Positions 51,320-64,000 of a stretch of 64,000 nt of DNA are shown piece after piece. A model generated the notes under the pieces. That model worked only from the letters and a program-made list of their open reading frames with translations, was not told the origin of the DNA and did not search any database. Every line of letters begins with the position of its first letter. The stretch's first letter is position 1. A program made the translations under genes and the position numbers. This stretch comes from Oopsacas minuta (taxonomy: Eukaryota; Animalia; Porifera), in contig JAKMXF010000299.1 of the NCBI GenBank assembly GCA_024704765.1, positions 186,001-250,000 on the forward strand. Direction: 5' to 3'.

Positions 51320-53312
51320 TTATCTTACTGAGCAACTGCTTGATGTAGCACGCTTGCTTCATTCAGGAAATACAATAGGATAAATATACAAAGAATACTT
51401 ATCAACCCTTTTGGGATCCTGGATTAGCCATGGATATTTCTTCAAATCCTAGTGTGAATTACACAATTATTTAGAGTTTTAATAGTTATATAATGAGCCA
51501 TAAATTCGAAATAATTGATTTGGATATCAATTCTAGGAAGCAAAGTGAAATACAAAGATTTTGACAATTTACACAGGAAAATATATTGTAAGTAGGGTTG
51601 GCAAGTATGCAGAGGAATTTAGATCTGAATTCCTCCAATTCTGTTCATTTCTATATGTATTTCTCTTTCTACCTTCTTTAACATTGTTCTTTCACTTTTA
51701 GGTATACTAGCTCTTAGAAGAATTATTTAGTTTAGTTTTCAGTTTTATTTAATTTTTATAATAATCAATATTCTTTTCATCCACTTTTATTTTCTTTAAT
51801 ATAAATTGGGTTCTTTTCGTCCAATGATTGAAATCGATTTAGAGAATAAATGAGCTCAGAAACTTCAAAACGTAGGTTAGAAGTTACAGATCATAGTGAT
51901 GAAATATCTCCGAAACGAGCTAAACCTAGTGAAGAAGCTCAACCTGATGTATTACCAGCTAAAAAATGTGTTACACGCCCCAAGCCAAAACTAACTGTAC
52001 CTTACAGTCCTAATCTACGGACCTCATCTAGGCTCAGAAACAGAGTTGATGCAACGACGACCAGCGAAAACACCAAAGGAAAAGCGAACAAACCAATAGA
52101 GACTCAATTATCTCAACATAGTAAGGGCCTGCCTGATATGTATAAGAGCAAAACTACTCTAGCAGTGAGCCCTAAACTATCAACAAAAGCACGAGCGAAT
52201 GCCAGGAAAACAAAACAGGCAGCAAAGAGTAAAAAGACAAAATCATAATTATAAATACAAATTCATGAACCTTTATTATTATTATTATTATTAATATTAT
52301 TATTGTTATCACTAGTACTATTCCATCCCACAGATCAAATTCATGTAATAAACTAACTGCAGTTATCACCGAAATCTCTCTTAATAGAAACTAAATAAAT
52401 TGGGTAGCTAAAATTTGTCCTGTAATGTGTGTAGAATTCCGCAAATAAATTAAATCTATAAATATGGTCGATCAGTAGCCGCATTGAGAGATCAAAAGGA
52501 AAACTGTGAAATGTAACTAAAATATTCAGAATCAAGTTGCAGTATGCAGACATAGTAAGTTTTCAAATATACCCTTGGTACAGACTAGATTAACTCAATA
52601 AATAAACCAAATGCAACTAGATTGCATAATTTACTTGATTACAGAGGAAATTCTACGCGATTTTTTGACCTTTCTAGCTTGAGAAACAACTATATACCCC
52701 AAATATAAATGGAGCGTTGTAAAACTACAAACAAAAATATGGTAAGTTTTGTGTTACAGAATTCTATCAACAATATTAGCTTTAATTAATGATGTGATTG
52801 TTAAATAATTCCTGAAATTGTATTAGTATTGACTGTCTGTTTGTGCAAGAGGGACAGTTATGCAGTGCTAGTTTGCAAAAAATGCACTGAAATTTGTAAA
52901 TTATTTGCTAAGGAGCTTAATTCAGAGTCTTTGTAGTTATATTTCAACACGCTATCATTTTGAACGTTCTGTTTATAGAGTCTGGTAGAATTGATGTATC
53001 ATTTCAAAGAGGAACACAGACTTAGAGAACAAGCAGAAGCTGCTTTAGTAAAAGCAAATAGAACGAGTCACAGGTAATTATTTCATTCAATTGGGCTTAG
53101 AAAATGAATTTTAACTTATAATTAATATTGCTAAAACACAAACCGGGCACTATTTGGAGAATAATTCCACATGAATTGTCTTCTATGATTCCTTACTGAG
53201 GATGAATTCAGGAAATTGAAGCTGAATTCTGACTTCACACTTATACGAGTCATCAATAAATTTGACACTTAGGTCAATTCCAATTATCTTTGTTTCGGTG
53301 ACAATGAAGAAA
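51320..53312 (-). CDS. Candidate multi-exon minus-strand gene of unknown function, interleaved with plus-strand genes
   Basis: Open AG/GT-bounded segments: 53197-53312 (FFIVTETK..PEFIL), ~52370-52505 (FPFDLSMRLL..KRDF), ~51640 (ELEEFRSKFL), ~51328-51447 (DLKKYPWLIQDPK..HQAVA). Chain not fully closed. Confidence 0.35.
51850..52248 (+). CDS. Small basic protein with a TPX2-like motif
   Basis: 132-aa ATG ORF, K/R/S/T-rich, PKRAK NLS-like motif, KLTVPYSPNLRTSSR. Confidence 0.55.
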   Translation: MSSETSKRRLEVTDHSDEISPKRAKPSEEAQPDVLPAKKCVTRPKPKLTVPYSPNLRTSSRLRNRVDATTTSENTKGKANKPIETQLSQHSKGLPDMYKSKTTLAVSPKLSTKARANARKTKQAAKSKKTKS

Positions 53313-56300
53313 CTTGTTTGATTAGATAAAAATATATTGATTATAGAATATTCTATTGTAACAGTAAGGACATATACCCTAGCATGAGAAGTCGTATTTT
53401 ACAAGTACCCAATTCTTTTAGATATCAGCAGGTGGCGAATGAGTACAGAATACAAATCGAAAAGTTAGTTTTACAATATATGTATATTAACTGTAATTAT
53501 TTTACATACAAATTACTCGAAATATTCGAGCGTTTACATAAAAACAAGACTGACTCCGGTTACCTATACAATATCTACCTGTAAATTGATGTAACCATAA
53601 GTGAGTTAAAGTAGAAGGGAATATTTAAATTCATTAGTAGGCCACCAAATAAACATTGTTTCATAAGTAAAAATAACTTGGAAACCATTAAATGCCATAT
53701 TTGTAGAAACCTTAATTGTATTTTTTGAAATATTATTAATTAACATGGACTGCGTTAATATGCTGCTTCAGAGTATCTTCGTCATGATAAACACGTCTGC
53801 ATGTATCGCATACAACCTGCATAGAATGGAAATACGACATGTGTAAAGTAAATGTGTGTTTGAAGGCGAGAATAGCTTTACATTTCTTGCACGGCCAATT
53901 AAGGTCCCCGAATTTTCTGTTGTGATCTATAGGGAGAGGATCTGCTACTTTCTCTATAATTTTTTTCTCCTGACTCTGTTCTGGAGCTAAATCTGCAAGC
54001 TATAAGAATATTTAATGAAAACTATGTTTACGTATAAATACATTTGCTTACAATTGCTGCTTTGACTGCTGGAGGGAAACCATGATAAAATGAGAAGATA
54101 TCATTCCCAGAAGTACCTGTAGCATTTGTTCTAACCCTTTTGGTAGCTCCTTCTTTAGAGATATCATCTGCTAACACTCTTCTCTTTACCTCTTTAAGTT
54201 TAACAGATTTTTGTGGATCTTGAGAAGAACCAGCTTCATCCAAATCTTTCCTGAAATATTGATGAACATTCCCTGTTTCTCTTAATCCTATCATTTTATG
54301 TGTAATATTCAAATGTGTAATTACACCATTCTCTGATTTAAAATATTTCTGACATTGAAGACATTGGTAAGGTTTAGTATCCACATGTGTGATTAAATGT
54401 GATTTGAGAGCTGCTGGAGTTTTGCAAACCTTTCCACATGTTTCGCACCTGAAAACATTGCAAAATAAATTCTGTTTTACTATGAAAATTAAGCACTTTT
54501 TTACATATTTATTAAAATCAATTTTACTGTTGTATTATACGTATTACTTGTTCTCTTTAGGAATTTGTACTATCCCAGTTTCATTTAATTTCTTCCCAGT
54601 TATTTCAGATTTTCCATGTCCTATTGGAAAAGGATTCTCATCGCCTAATAGCTTATCAGGAACATCCTTTAAAATTGTGATTGGAGTATCATTTAAAATT
54701 GGGAAAGGAAGTATCGGTTTATATATTTCTGGGGAGATACTTAGTATATGCCTTCCACCCTTTTTCTCCATCTGATCCTTGATTGATTTTGGTAAACATA
54801 GTTGTGGAAATGGCTTGATTGGTGATTTTCTGTTATATTTTATTTCTTCAGTGCACTACGAACAAAATATACATAAATTCTAACTTATATTATACAAACA
54901 AACTTACTAATTACCATTATTGGTGTTTTCCTTTGATGGTTATCGAAGGGAACCTTTTTCGGTGTCTTAAAAACGAATTCTGCGTAAATAGTTTTCGCAG
55001 GCGGGACTAAAGATAAGTCCAATGGATTCATCACTTTTTGAGGATTGTTCTCTAAAGACTCTTTGACTTCCATATATGGAAACTATTATTGTAAATGGTA
55101 AATATTCATAATTATTTACAGTCAACTCCTGTTATAACGAATGTCGGTTATATCGAAGTCATTATAATTATCGTGGTCTCTTGAGCTTAAATATAACGGT
55201 AGTTGACTGTACATATTTCTATCAACGTTTTTATTTGTAGCTTAAACGCATTAACACACGACTTTTTATGTCAGCGGACAAAACTAGAGCAGGTTGTTAT
55301 AGAGAGGAATAAAATAAAGGCTCGTTATGAGGTAACCATATATTTGTACTATTTCCCCTACAATAATCAAGATTTAAATAATCGTTAGGATAAATTCGAA
55401 GTAATGGAACAGGTGATAAATGAACTTAAGCAACAGCTACAACATAAGGTAACTTGTTTGTGGATAACTCCATCTACTCACGTATATAATAACTGAATTT
55501 TAAATATGTAATTCGTAATCTCAAGCCCTATGAAAATTTATAAAACTCCTGGAGTATAGGTCCAATTCGTAATTAAGTTATAAGAGTTCTTTATGTCAAA
55601 GTTTAATATTATAGAGAGACTCTTTGACAAACAAGAGAGTAGCCGTTTTCCAGGAAAAGATACATTGTCTAGAGGTTAGAACAGATTGATATTGATAATT
55701 AGTGATGAATAATTTACTTATTGTGTTATTTATAGGAAGAGAATGATATGCTACATGAGAAACTTTGGAGATTGAAGAGAAGGTATGTAGATAAGTCTGT
55801 TTCGGTGAGTTTTCCTATGTTTTTGTCTTTAAGAAAATCCATATTTTAATAAGGTCTATTCTCTAGACTGATGAACTAGATGGGAAAAACTATACAGCTG
55901 AACAAGTAAGTACTATCAAGTTTACCCTCGTTAATCTGTACGAAACAGCTGTAGTTTCAATTGTTACAATTCTATTCGGAATATCGTGGGTATACTGTAA
56001 TAACCACATTTATGTGTATAAAAAACGCTCTTATAGGTTGCAACTAGTTTAAATTTGAAATATGACTTTAGTGAGAAAGATAACTTTTCTGAGGGGTTTG
56101 AATATTCAGATGTAAGTTAGTAAATATTTCAAATTTGTATGTTATATATTCAATAAATTCATAGAACAAGAACTATAAACATACCAGACATGGACAGAAG
56201 GGGAACTTTAGTTCATTATCAGCTGATTCAAATGATAATTCCGACACAGAAGTATCCGACTTACTGAATGAATGGAAACACAAGAGCATTGTACTAGCTG

Positions 56301-57095
56301 AACAGAAACAACAGCTAGCAGCAAAATTACAACAAGTTAGATTGCATTTTCATTTTATCTAAAACATACATTTATAATAATTATCTATAGTTAGAAGATG
56401 AAAGGAGGTCTGAGAGTAGTTCATCTGGTCATGTTCCAGAGATTCCAAGTAAATCATTCAAATACACTGATTCTAACTCTACAAACTTTACACCTTCGAT
56501 GACAATCTATAGACATGATGATGAGGTAACAATATAGATAAATAATCACAAGTAAATAATACGAATACTTCACCAGTCACTGTTTATCGATTAGGTGTTC
56601 CTACCTACTACCTCGAATTGTCCAGAATCTACACCATTAACTGAAGTAACTGCTTTGGAATCAAAATGTGCAGGTCTACCACAACACAATGATATCAATG
56701 CAAGTTGTCTAGCTAGGAGAGATGTATCCAGACACTGTTCTTCTCTAGACAGTCTACTCCCGTTGAATGGTAGAACAGTTGAGTTATTTAACTCTGATGA
56801 TTCATACGATCCTGAAATGGGATTACTAAACGAACACCTGTACAATCTACCGGATCATAAATTGACACCGGCAGTTCGGGAGAACTTAATTCACATCCGT
56901 CTGACAAAGTATGGTGATGATGTTCTAACACAAAGTGCCCCTGGAAGAATATCTCTAATGAATTTTGTACGAGATGGTGGATATGCTGCAGATGAACGTG
57001 AAGAGACAGAAGCAATCGATTCATTCAATTTTCTAAAAGATTTATCAGAAGTATCTTCTGAACAAGGTGTATACTCTAGTGATGGATCCCCTTAA
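52979..57095 (+). CDS. Multi-exon coiled-coil protein of unknown function (5' end unresolved, probably near 52709)
   Basis: Phase-consistent exons 52979-53073 (SLVELMYHFKEEHRLREQAE), ~55240-55330, ~55390-55449, ~55736-55804, ~55868-55906, ~56037-56111, ~56165-56335, ~56391-56525, ~56595-57095. Confidence 0.7.
53736..55073 (-). CDS. C2H2 zinc-finger protein (4 fingers, 4 exons) nested antisense in an intron of the coiled-coil gene
   Basis: CETC..HLITH, CLQC..HLNITH, CKKC..HMSYFH, CDTC..HINAVH; last exon (stop 53736-53738) is missed by the ORF track. Confidence 0.85.
55119..55209. mobile_element. 91-bp CAGTCAACTCC-family MITE
   Basis: CAGTCAACTCCTGTTATA / ATATAACGGTAGTTGACTG, TA flanks. Confidence 0.8.
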
Positions 57096-57359
57096 CAAAT
57101 ATTTATATTCTCAATGCTGTATGGTGCCTTTTTAGATAATTTGTTTAGGAGTTTAAATATCATCAATCAATAACTAACATCATCCATCATGTGTTTCGAC
57201 ATTGAGTGTTGAATGCAAATCTATTCTTAGATTGATTAGCTGTTTTATCTACGTCATCCAACACATTCAGTGTTATTATATTATGCTCATCATTATACCC
57301 TATTCCATGAATTTCTTGTATAAATACACGAATAAATTTAATTGGAATATACAAATCGA

Positions 57360-59600
57360 ATGAGTATAATTTTCCAAATCGCTCTCCTAACAACTCTACT
57401 ATTGGTAGTAGAAAGCAGTGATGGTGCGTTGAATTATGAATTCTCAACTTCTCTCCATGCTAAGTACAATCTTTACTGGAATAGGCCAGCTGATGGGAAA
57501 ATATGTATGGCAGTTCAAGTGGAAACGTTAGGATGGGTTGGCCTAGGATTCTCTCCTAACGGAGGTATGATAGATTCTGACATTATGATGGCATGGGTGA
57601 TTGATGGGCAGGTTACTCTAACAGACAGATATGCTGTGAGTGAGAGTCTACCTGAGTTAGACCTGCAGCAAGACTTTGAGTTAATTGAAGGCTATGAAGA
57701 GGATGGGAAGACTACCATAGAGTTTTGTAGGTAAGTTGTTGTAAATTTTTATCCATATTAGCATATTAGGACAGCATCAGCTAGTATATTTCGTATAGGA
57801 AGCTAGAGACTTGTGATGAAGATTATCGAGATCGTAACATAGTAGCTGGTACTACAAAAGTTGTATTCAGTTGGAACAACAATGATCCTAACCCTAATCC
57901 TTTACAACATGGGACAAGAGGTACCATGAATGTTAATTTTATTGGTGCGCCAAGGCCCGAATTCTATCCAAGTGATTTACCAGCTGATACACAAATATTA
58001 GAATTCAAAATGGGAAATATAACTATCCCTCATGATACTGACACAACATACTGGTGTAGAACTCTACGATTGGACCAACCAGCTACAAAGCATCATGTTA
58101 TACAAATAGGTAAATAACTAAGGTTAATTATAATACAGTGGCGGAGGAAATAGATATATAGCTTGATTAGTCTGACCGCTATTCAATAATCATACAGTAT
58201 TGCAATTGTAATATGTACTCTCAATTTATGCAAATTCCGTAAATATGTAAATTGTTTAGGTAGTTATTTAGACTCAAGAACATTTTCATACTTACACCAT
58301 GTTGTATTATACCAATGTATGGGAACGATTGCAGAAATGGATGGAAATTGCATTGGTTCCAATGGTTTAATTGCTACACATCAACTGGATCTAAAATGCC
58401 AAGGTACAGTGATTAGCACATGGGCAGTAGGAGGTTCTGATGTACTTATTCCACAGGCCGTCGGCCTACCTATTGGACCAGATGAAGAGTATGACACTGT
58501 ACTGTTAGTAAATCACTATAACAATCCTCAGTTAGATGAAGGAATAGTGGATAATTCAGGATTCATATGGTACTATACTGCAGAGTTGAGGACACACGAT
58601 TTGGGTATATTTTATTTAGGACATACATTTACCGAGAACCTGAGTATTCCTCCTAAAACAGACAACTTTCTTGTACAAGTATACTGCCCGAATGAATGTA
58701 CATCTAGTTGGCCACATGATCTTAATATAATAGCCTCCTTACTGCATACACATTATACTGGATTTGCCATTTGGACACAGCTAATAAGAGATAATAAAGA
58801 GATTGAACTTATTGATAGCAATCAGAATTATGATCCTGATTTCCAGGTAAGCATCTAGAATAGTACATGTACTTTCGTTTAGAAATTAGCTAGAAATCAT
58901 ATACACTGTGGAACTTCACCCTGTATAAAATTTAAATAGTTTCGCGAGATAGGTCGTATATTAATTTACAAAATTTCAGGAATATCTCTACTTCGAAGAT
59001 CCAATTGTTGTGAAACCTGGGGATGAGTTCATAGTGAATTGTCTGTACCAGACTCAAGACAAAGATAATTTTACGTTTGGAGGACGATCTGCAAAAGAAG
59101 AAATGTGTTTCAATTTCCTCTACTATTATCCCAGAGTAACTCAGTCTTATTGTAGTATGAATTATCTGAAAGAAACTGCATTCAACTCAGCATTGGAATC
59201 ATTACAATGCAATAACGTAGATGTAGATGGAGCTACAACATATGAAGAGCTAGAAAACAGAGCGATGAATATCGATTGGACAGAAAAAATATCAAATACT
59301 CTGGAAATTGCTCAGAGTGTCAATCCAAATGGAGTTCTTGTATTTTGCAATTATAACTCATTCATAGTTAATATTCCTAAGCCTGGCGTAGACTACGAGG
59401 TATTCCATAATCGCTATGACACATGTGGAAGATATAACGGTACATACTATCCAGGGGGAGAGGATGCTAATTACTATTATGACTGTGATACTAATCAGCC
59501 TTACTTTGATCCAATTGGTCCTACAGACTCAGCTGCTGGTCTAACCCTACTTCCTGTTGTGATGTGGATGCTAGTTACAGCTGTACTCTCTCTTTTCTAA
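57360..59600 (+). CDS. MOXD1: DBH-like copper monooxygenase (MOXD1-like), 4 exons
   Basis: Exons 57360-57730, 57799-58109, 58260-58846, 58980-59600; signal peptide, DOMON (GWVGLGFSPNGGMIDSD), Cu ligands LHHVV, NHYNNP, HTH, EEMC; hydrophobic GPI-like tail. Confidence 0.88.
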
Positions 59601-59799
59601 AGTATCTCATATAATTAGGCGATTAGTGCATTAGTATACAAGTCAGAGTAACAAATATTTTACTCAATATTATCAAAATTTTCAATTGTGTGACTGTCTG
59701 GAATTGTATTAAATTATCCGTATTTATGCTAATATTCTCAAACGATATATTTATATTATTCTTGTTGAATTACAATCAGCCAAAAAATTAATTTCGAGT

Positions 59800-62700
59800 T
59801 TATTTTCTTACTCGCTGTCTTGAAATTCTCCAGGAATTAGGTTCTTCATATCTGTTATAGAGAGGCTCAAGTTTTTCTTGTCGCTTTCGTTTACTTAATT
59901 TAGTTGGATCGCCAAACTTATAAAAAGCTGGTGCAAATTCAACAAGCCACTTAGGATCAACAGCAGTATTTTCTCTCATGTACTCTTTGGTAGTTAGCAC
60001 TAGCTCATGGTAGAGTATCCAATCAGGCTGTCGGTTGTAGAGGGAGGAGGAGGGATGTATATACACACTCTGATTATCTGTTAAAGTTTTGTAACCTTCC
60101 TGGGGGTCTTTTCGCGCGGAATTTCGGAAAAATCCGCTACAAATTGCTTTTTGTACTTTAGATACATCTTTCCCACAAGAAACTACATCTAGTTTATGTC
60201 TATCCATTATACCAAGCATTTGTTTGCGAATATCGTCAGCTCTGCGTAAAGATCTAGCTTGAACGAAATTCTCATAACACCAACTATTAGACATACGGTT
60301 ATTCTTCCAGGCGTTATAAACCGCGAGTAGAGTGAGATGATCGCCTTCAGGCTGATGGAAATTAGACTTTTTCTGATCAGCAACTGCTTGTTTATCTTTC
60401 GGTCGATAATAAACATTTTGAACAGATAACATTGACACAATTGTCAGTACTTCTTCACTACAGCCTAAATGTACGGATTGTATCAACATTTTAGACAGAG
60501 GCGGTTCTAATGGAAACTCTGCCATTCTCCTTCCTAATCTCGTCAACAGACCTTCATCGTCCAAAGCAGATAGAGAATGTAGCTGTTCCATAGCTAATAT
60601 CATCGTATCCATTGGTGGCGGGTCCATGAAATCAAAAGCGAGTAAATCATTAATACCCAATGCTTTCAATGACAATACAGTACTAGCTAGATTAGTACGT
60701 TGTATTTCCGGCACAGCTGTAGGTAACATTTCATCTCTATAAGCACGTTCTGTATAAAGTCTATAGCATTTACCGGGACCTGTTCTACCAGCTCTACCGG
60801 AGCGTTGCTTTGCTTGTGCCTGCGAAATGGGAGTGATTACAAGCGCATCTAAACAGCTCTTTGAATTGTATACTTTCTGTTTTACAAAACCTGGATCAAC
60901 TACGTAATATATCCCGTCTATTGTGAGAGAAGTTTCCGCGATATTAGTCGCGATTACAACTTTTCGAGAGCCAATTGGTGCTGGATCAAATATCCTAGTT
61001 TGCATTTCACTAGGCAATGCAGAATACACAGGTAAGATAATCAACTCTGGTACCTCAGGGCCAATGAACTTCATCCTTTCATATAGTACTTCACATGCAG
61101 TATCGATCTCTTCCTGCCCAGTTAAAAACAACAGAATATCACCAGGCGGTTCTTTTAAATGAATTTGTAATACAGATATCAGGGCAGCGTCCAGATAATC
61201 AGGTTCAGGATTCTTAGTGTATAAAGTCTCCACAGGGAAAGCTAAACCAGGGATTGTAAATATAGGAGCTTCATGGAAATACGAGCTGAATTTAACTGCA
61301 TCAAGTGTAGCTGACGTCACGATTAATTTTAAATCAGGTCTTCTCTTAACAGCCTTCTTCAATAAACCAAATAACACATCTGTATTGACGGTTCTTTCGT
61401 GTGCTTCATCTAACATTATAACTGAGTAAGCGAGAAGATCAGAGTCAATTAAACTCTCTCGTAATAACATTCCTTCTGTCATGTACTTGATAATAGTGTC
61501 ATTAGAAGTACAGTCTTCAAAACGAATCGTAAAGCCAACCTACGAGAAAGATAAGTTATAATTGAGATATAAATTATAAACTTGCCAACAACTTTGTTGG
61601 CAAGTATAATTCACGACATAAAATGAGATCTGTAGTATAAGAATATAAACTTACTTGTTCCCCTAATCTACATCCAAACTCTTCAGATACACGTTTAGCT
61701 ACGCTAGTAGCAGCTACTCTCCTTGGCTGTGTACAACCAATCCTTCCTTTCTTAGTGAACCCTTTCTCAGAAAGATATTGTGTTATCTGTGTAGTTTTAC
61801 CAGATCCTGTAGCTCCTATCACTATCAATATTTGATGCTTTACAATGGCTTCAATTAAGCTATCTTTAAGACGATAAATTGGTAGAGATTTTCTCTGTTC
61901 AATAATACTAAGACTTGTCTTCTTTCCGTATGAAACTTTATTCCCTCCGTATGAAGCTTTCTTCCATTCAGGCAGTTCTCCTGGACCAGTTCCTGTATTC
62001 TTAAGGTCCTGAGCGAAATATCTATCTCCTCCTTCTGGTATAGGATCTAGCCAGGACTTGTTGACGTCATGGACTACACTCTCTTGTTCGGATTCTCGTT
62101 TAGCTTGACGAATTTCGCGACGTTCTTTCGCAAGAGCACTCTGAGTAACAGCAGCTCTTTGTAGAGATCCGTCTGGATTCTTAATAATCTTTACTGGCGA
62201 ATGGATAGTCGTTAAGCGGGTTTGTCCTCTTAAAAATGGTGGTTCATCTTCTACAATTTCTATAAAGAAGAAATCTACAGTCAACTCCTGTTATATCAAA
62301 CACGGATATATCGAATTCTGAATTTTACAAATATGGTCCCAAACAGTCAAGTAACATAAATTACGTTGGTTTTATCGAAGTAATTATCGTGGTCCCTTGA
62401 GCTTCGATATAACGGGAGCAGGCTATATAATATTTTATATTAATGGTGTATTTACATATATTCCTATATCCTTACCAATATCAATATCCTCTTCAGAATC
62501 ATCCTGATTATCAGCTCGTAGTATACCAGTCTCCTCGTTATACCAAGGCAGATCCTCTAACTCCATTACTCCAGCTGCTACAAGTTGTTTCAACTCCCAT
62601 TTCTCAGGACTTGTACATCGTACTCTCTGTCTACCTCCTCCACCTGTCCAGGCTCGTTGTGCAGAATTTGGTACCTCATCATCTTCATTATACTCCGGAT

Positions 62701-63748
62701 TCTGTGTAGCAACAGGTCGTCCTACTTCACCCCCTGACATCAGATATTTATTCTCTCCAATATCTTCCCCAGTCTTCTGACAAGCTTCTTTCATGGATAG
62801 CCTTACTTTCTCTCCAATTAAACTCAAAACCTTTACATACACATGATCACCTCTACTCACCACATCATTAGGATCTGTTACTCTAACCGCTAGCATCTGA
62901 CTAACGTGTACTAATCCCGTCCAACAGCCTTTCACACCTTTTAAACTGACAAAACAGCCGTATTTCATTACTCCCGTTACAGTACCTTTGTATATATACC
63001 CAGCTATTGGTTCGTTGTCAACTGGACTGGGACTACGTTTACGTCTACTGTGTCTTGTGTCTTTTGAATTATCGCGGTTGCTATCACCTCTATGATGACG
63101 TGTTTTAGGCGATCTACTACGTGATCTCCTGTGGTTTCGTTTTATAGGAGATCTACTACGTGATCTATCTCTATGTCTGTGACGTGATTCTCTCTCGCGC
63201 TTTTTCACACTTTTTTGCTCCTTCGTGTCTAAATCTATACCTTTCTTCCTCAAAGCTTCCAGCTCCATTATAGTTGACTGTACAACTTCGCGGTTATTAT
63301 CACCTTCTTTAGGTTGTAGCAGCTTTTTCGTAGGCACAACATCGTCCTTTATGCACAAAGCTGGAAACTTTAATTTCGTCTCGTTATCAACAATTTGGCG
63401 ATATATCAAATTCGGATCTACTTCTATTTCTTTACCATTTACATCTCTCAATTTGTGTTCAATTTTGGAACTTGTTTTTTCAACTTTTCGTTGTTCAGAT
63501 TTATGTAAGTGACTATGTATTATCCTGTAAATATTCGCGATAAATGGCTCAGTGAATTCTGCGCCATTTTCTGTCAAATCTTTAGTAAACGTATCAATAT
63601 TCGCGTTTTTCTTGGCTATATGTATGATAAACTCAGCTACATCTTTGTCAACAACAAACTCACTCTCATTCCCGAAATGATTTGATAACTCTGTACACAA
63701 TTTATTTACTAAAGATATTCGCTCAAGCTCGCGAAATAATTCTGCCAT
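59800..63748 (-). CDS. DHX8: Pre-mRNA splicing DEAH helicase Prp22/DHX8, 3 exons
   Basis: Exons 62476-63748, 61655-62259, 59800-61539; RS region, S1 domain, [41 protein letters not shown]. Confidence 0.97.
62278..62425. mobile_element. CAGTCAACTCC-family MITE in DHX8 intron 1
   Basis: TA-CAGTCAACTCCTGTTATATC left; CTTCGATATAACGGGAG right; occupies 148 of 216 intron bases. Confidence 0.8.
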
Positions 63749-63790
63749 CAATCATTTATTTGCTAATTATCTAAAATAGATACTAATATA

Positions 63791-63881
63791 CATTCAATTT
63801 CCCGTTAGATGGAAATACCAGCTTATTTATAGAAGTCTGAAAATGTACAAACATGAGCTTCGATAAAACTGGAGTTGACTG
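63791..63881. mobile_element. 91-bp CAGTCAACTCC-family MITE just upstream of DHX8
   Basis: Degenerate left end CATTCAATTTCCCGTTAGATGGAA; right end CTTCGATAAAACTGGAGTTGACTG; TA flanks. Confidence 0.7.
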
Positions 63882-64000
63882 TAAGTTGTCTGTAATAGAA
63901 AATTTTCAATTCTAAAATGGATTAATTATGAGATCGAAACGTGAATTTACCCCCATGGGGTTACCCCTAGTAAAATGTAGCATATCCTATTAATCAATTT

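Noticed and set aside
51290-53902. Exact 15-bp repeat TTGCACGGCCAATTA at about 51290 and 53887
   Set aside because: A match of this length is expected by chance in 64 kb, and one copy is coding sequence.

Overview
AT-rich eukaryotic (animal) genomic DNA from a very compact genome with short GT-AG introns. The gene set, intronless housekeeping genes and NHL-repeat expansion would fit a sponge such as a hexactinellid, but this is inference only. Manual splice reconstruction gives about 20 genes: C2CD3, JMJD6, a GIY-YIG nuclease chimera, three NHL/TRIM genes, SHANK, SEL1L, CENPI, SNRPD1, an S8 subtilase, two tandem CSK copies, VPS39, a C2H2 zinc-finger gene, a DBH-like monooxygenase, DHX8 and several unknowns. 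There is also a Ras-family pseudogene, an intact DD37D (maT) Tc1/mariner transposon, a GC-rich foldback element and many MITEs. The main structural result is extreme gene nesting. C2CD3 (+) runs from before base 1 to 22758; one 15.5-kb intron (4134-19682) holds six head-to-tail antisense genes and another holds JMJD6. The subtilase intron holds two more genes, one on the same strand as its host. Many start codons sit just downstream of an apparently unpaired splice acceptor, suggesting a trans-spliced operon inside an intron. The most unusual single gene (4325-6037) joins an integrase-like RNase H-fold pattern and a Zn ribbon to an intact-looking Penelope-type GIY-YIG endonuclease, with no reverse transcriptase. 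No rRNA, tRNA or CRISPR array was recognised.
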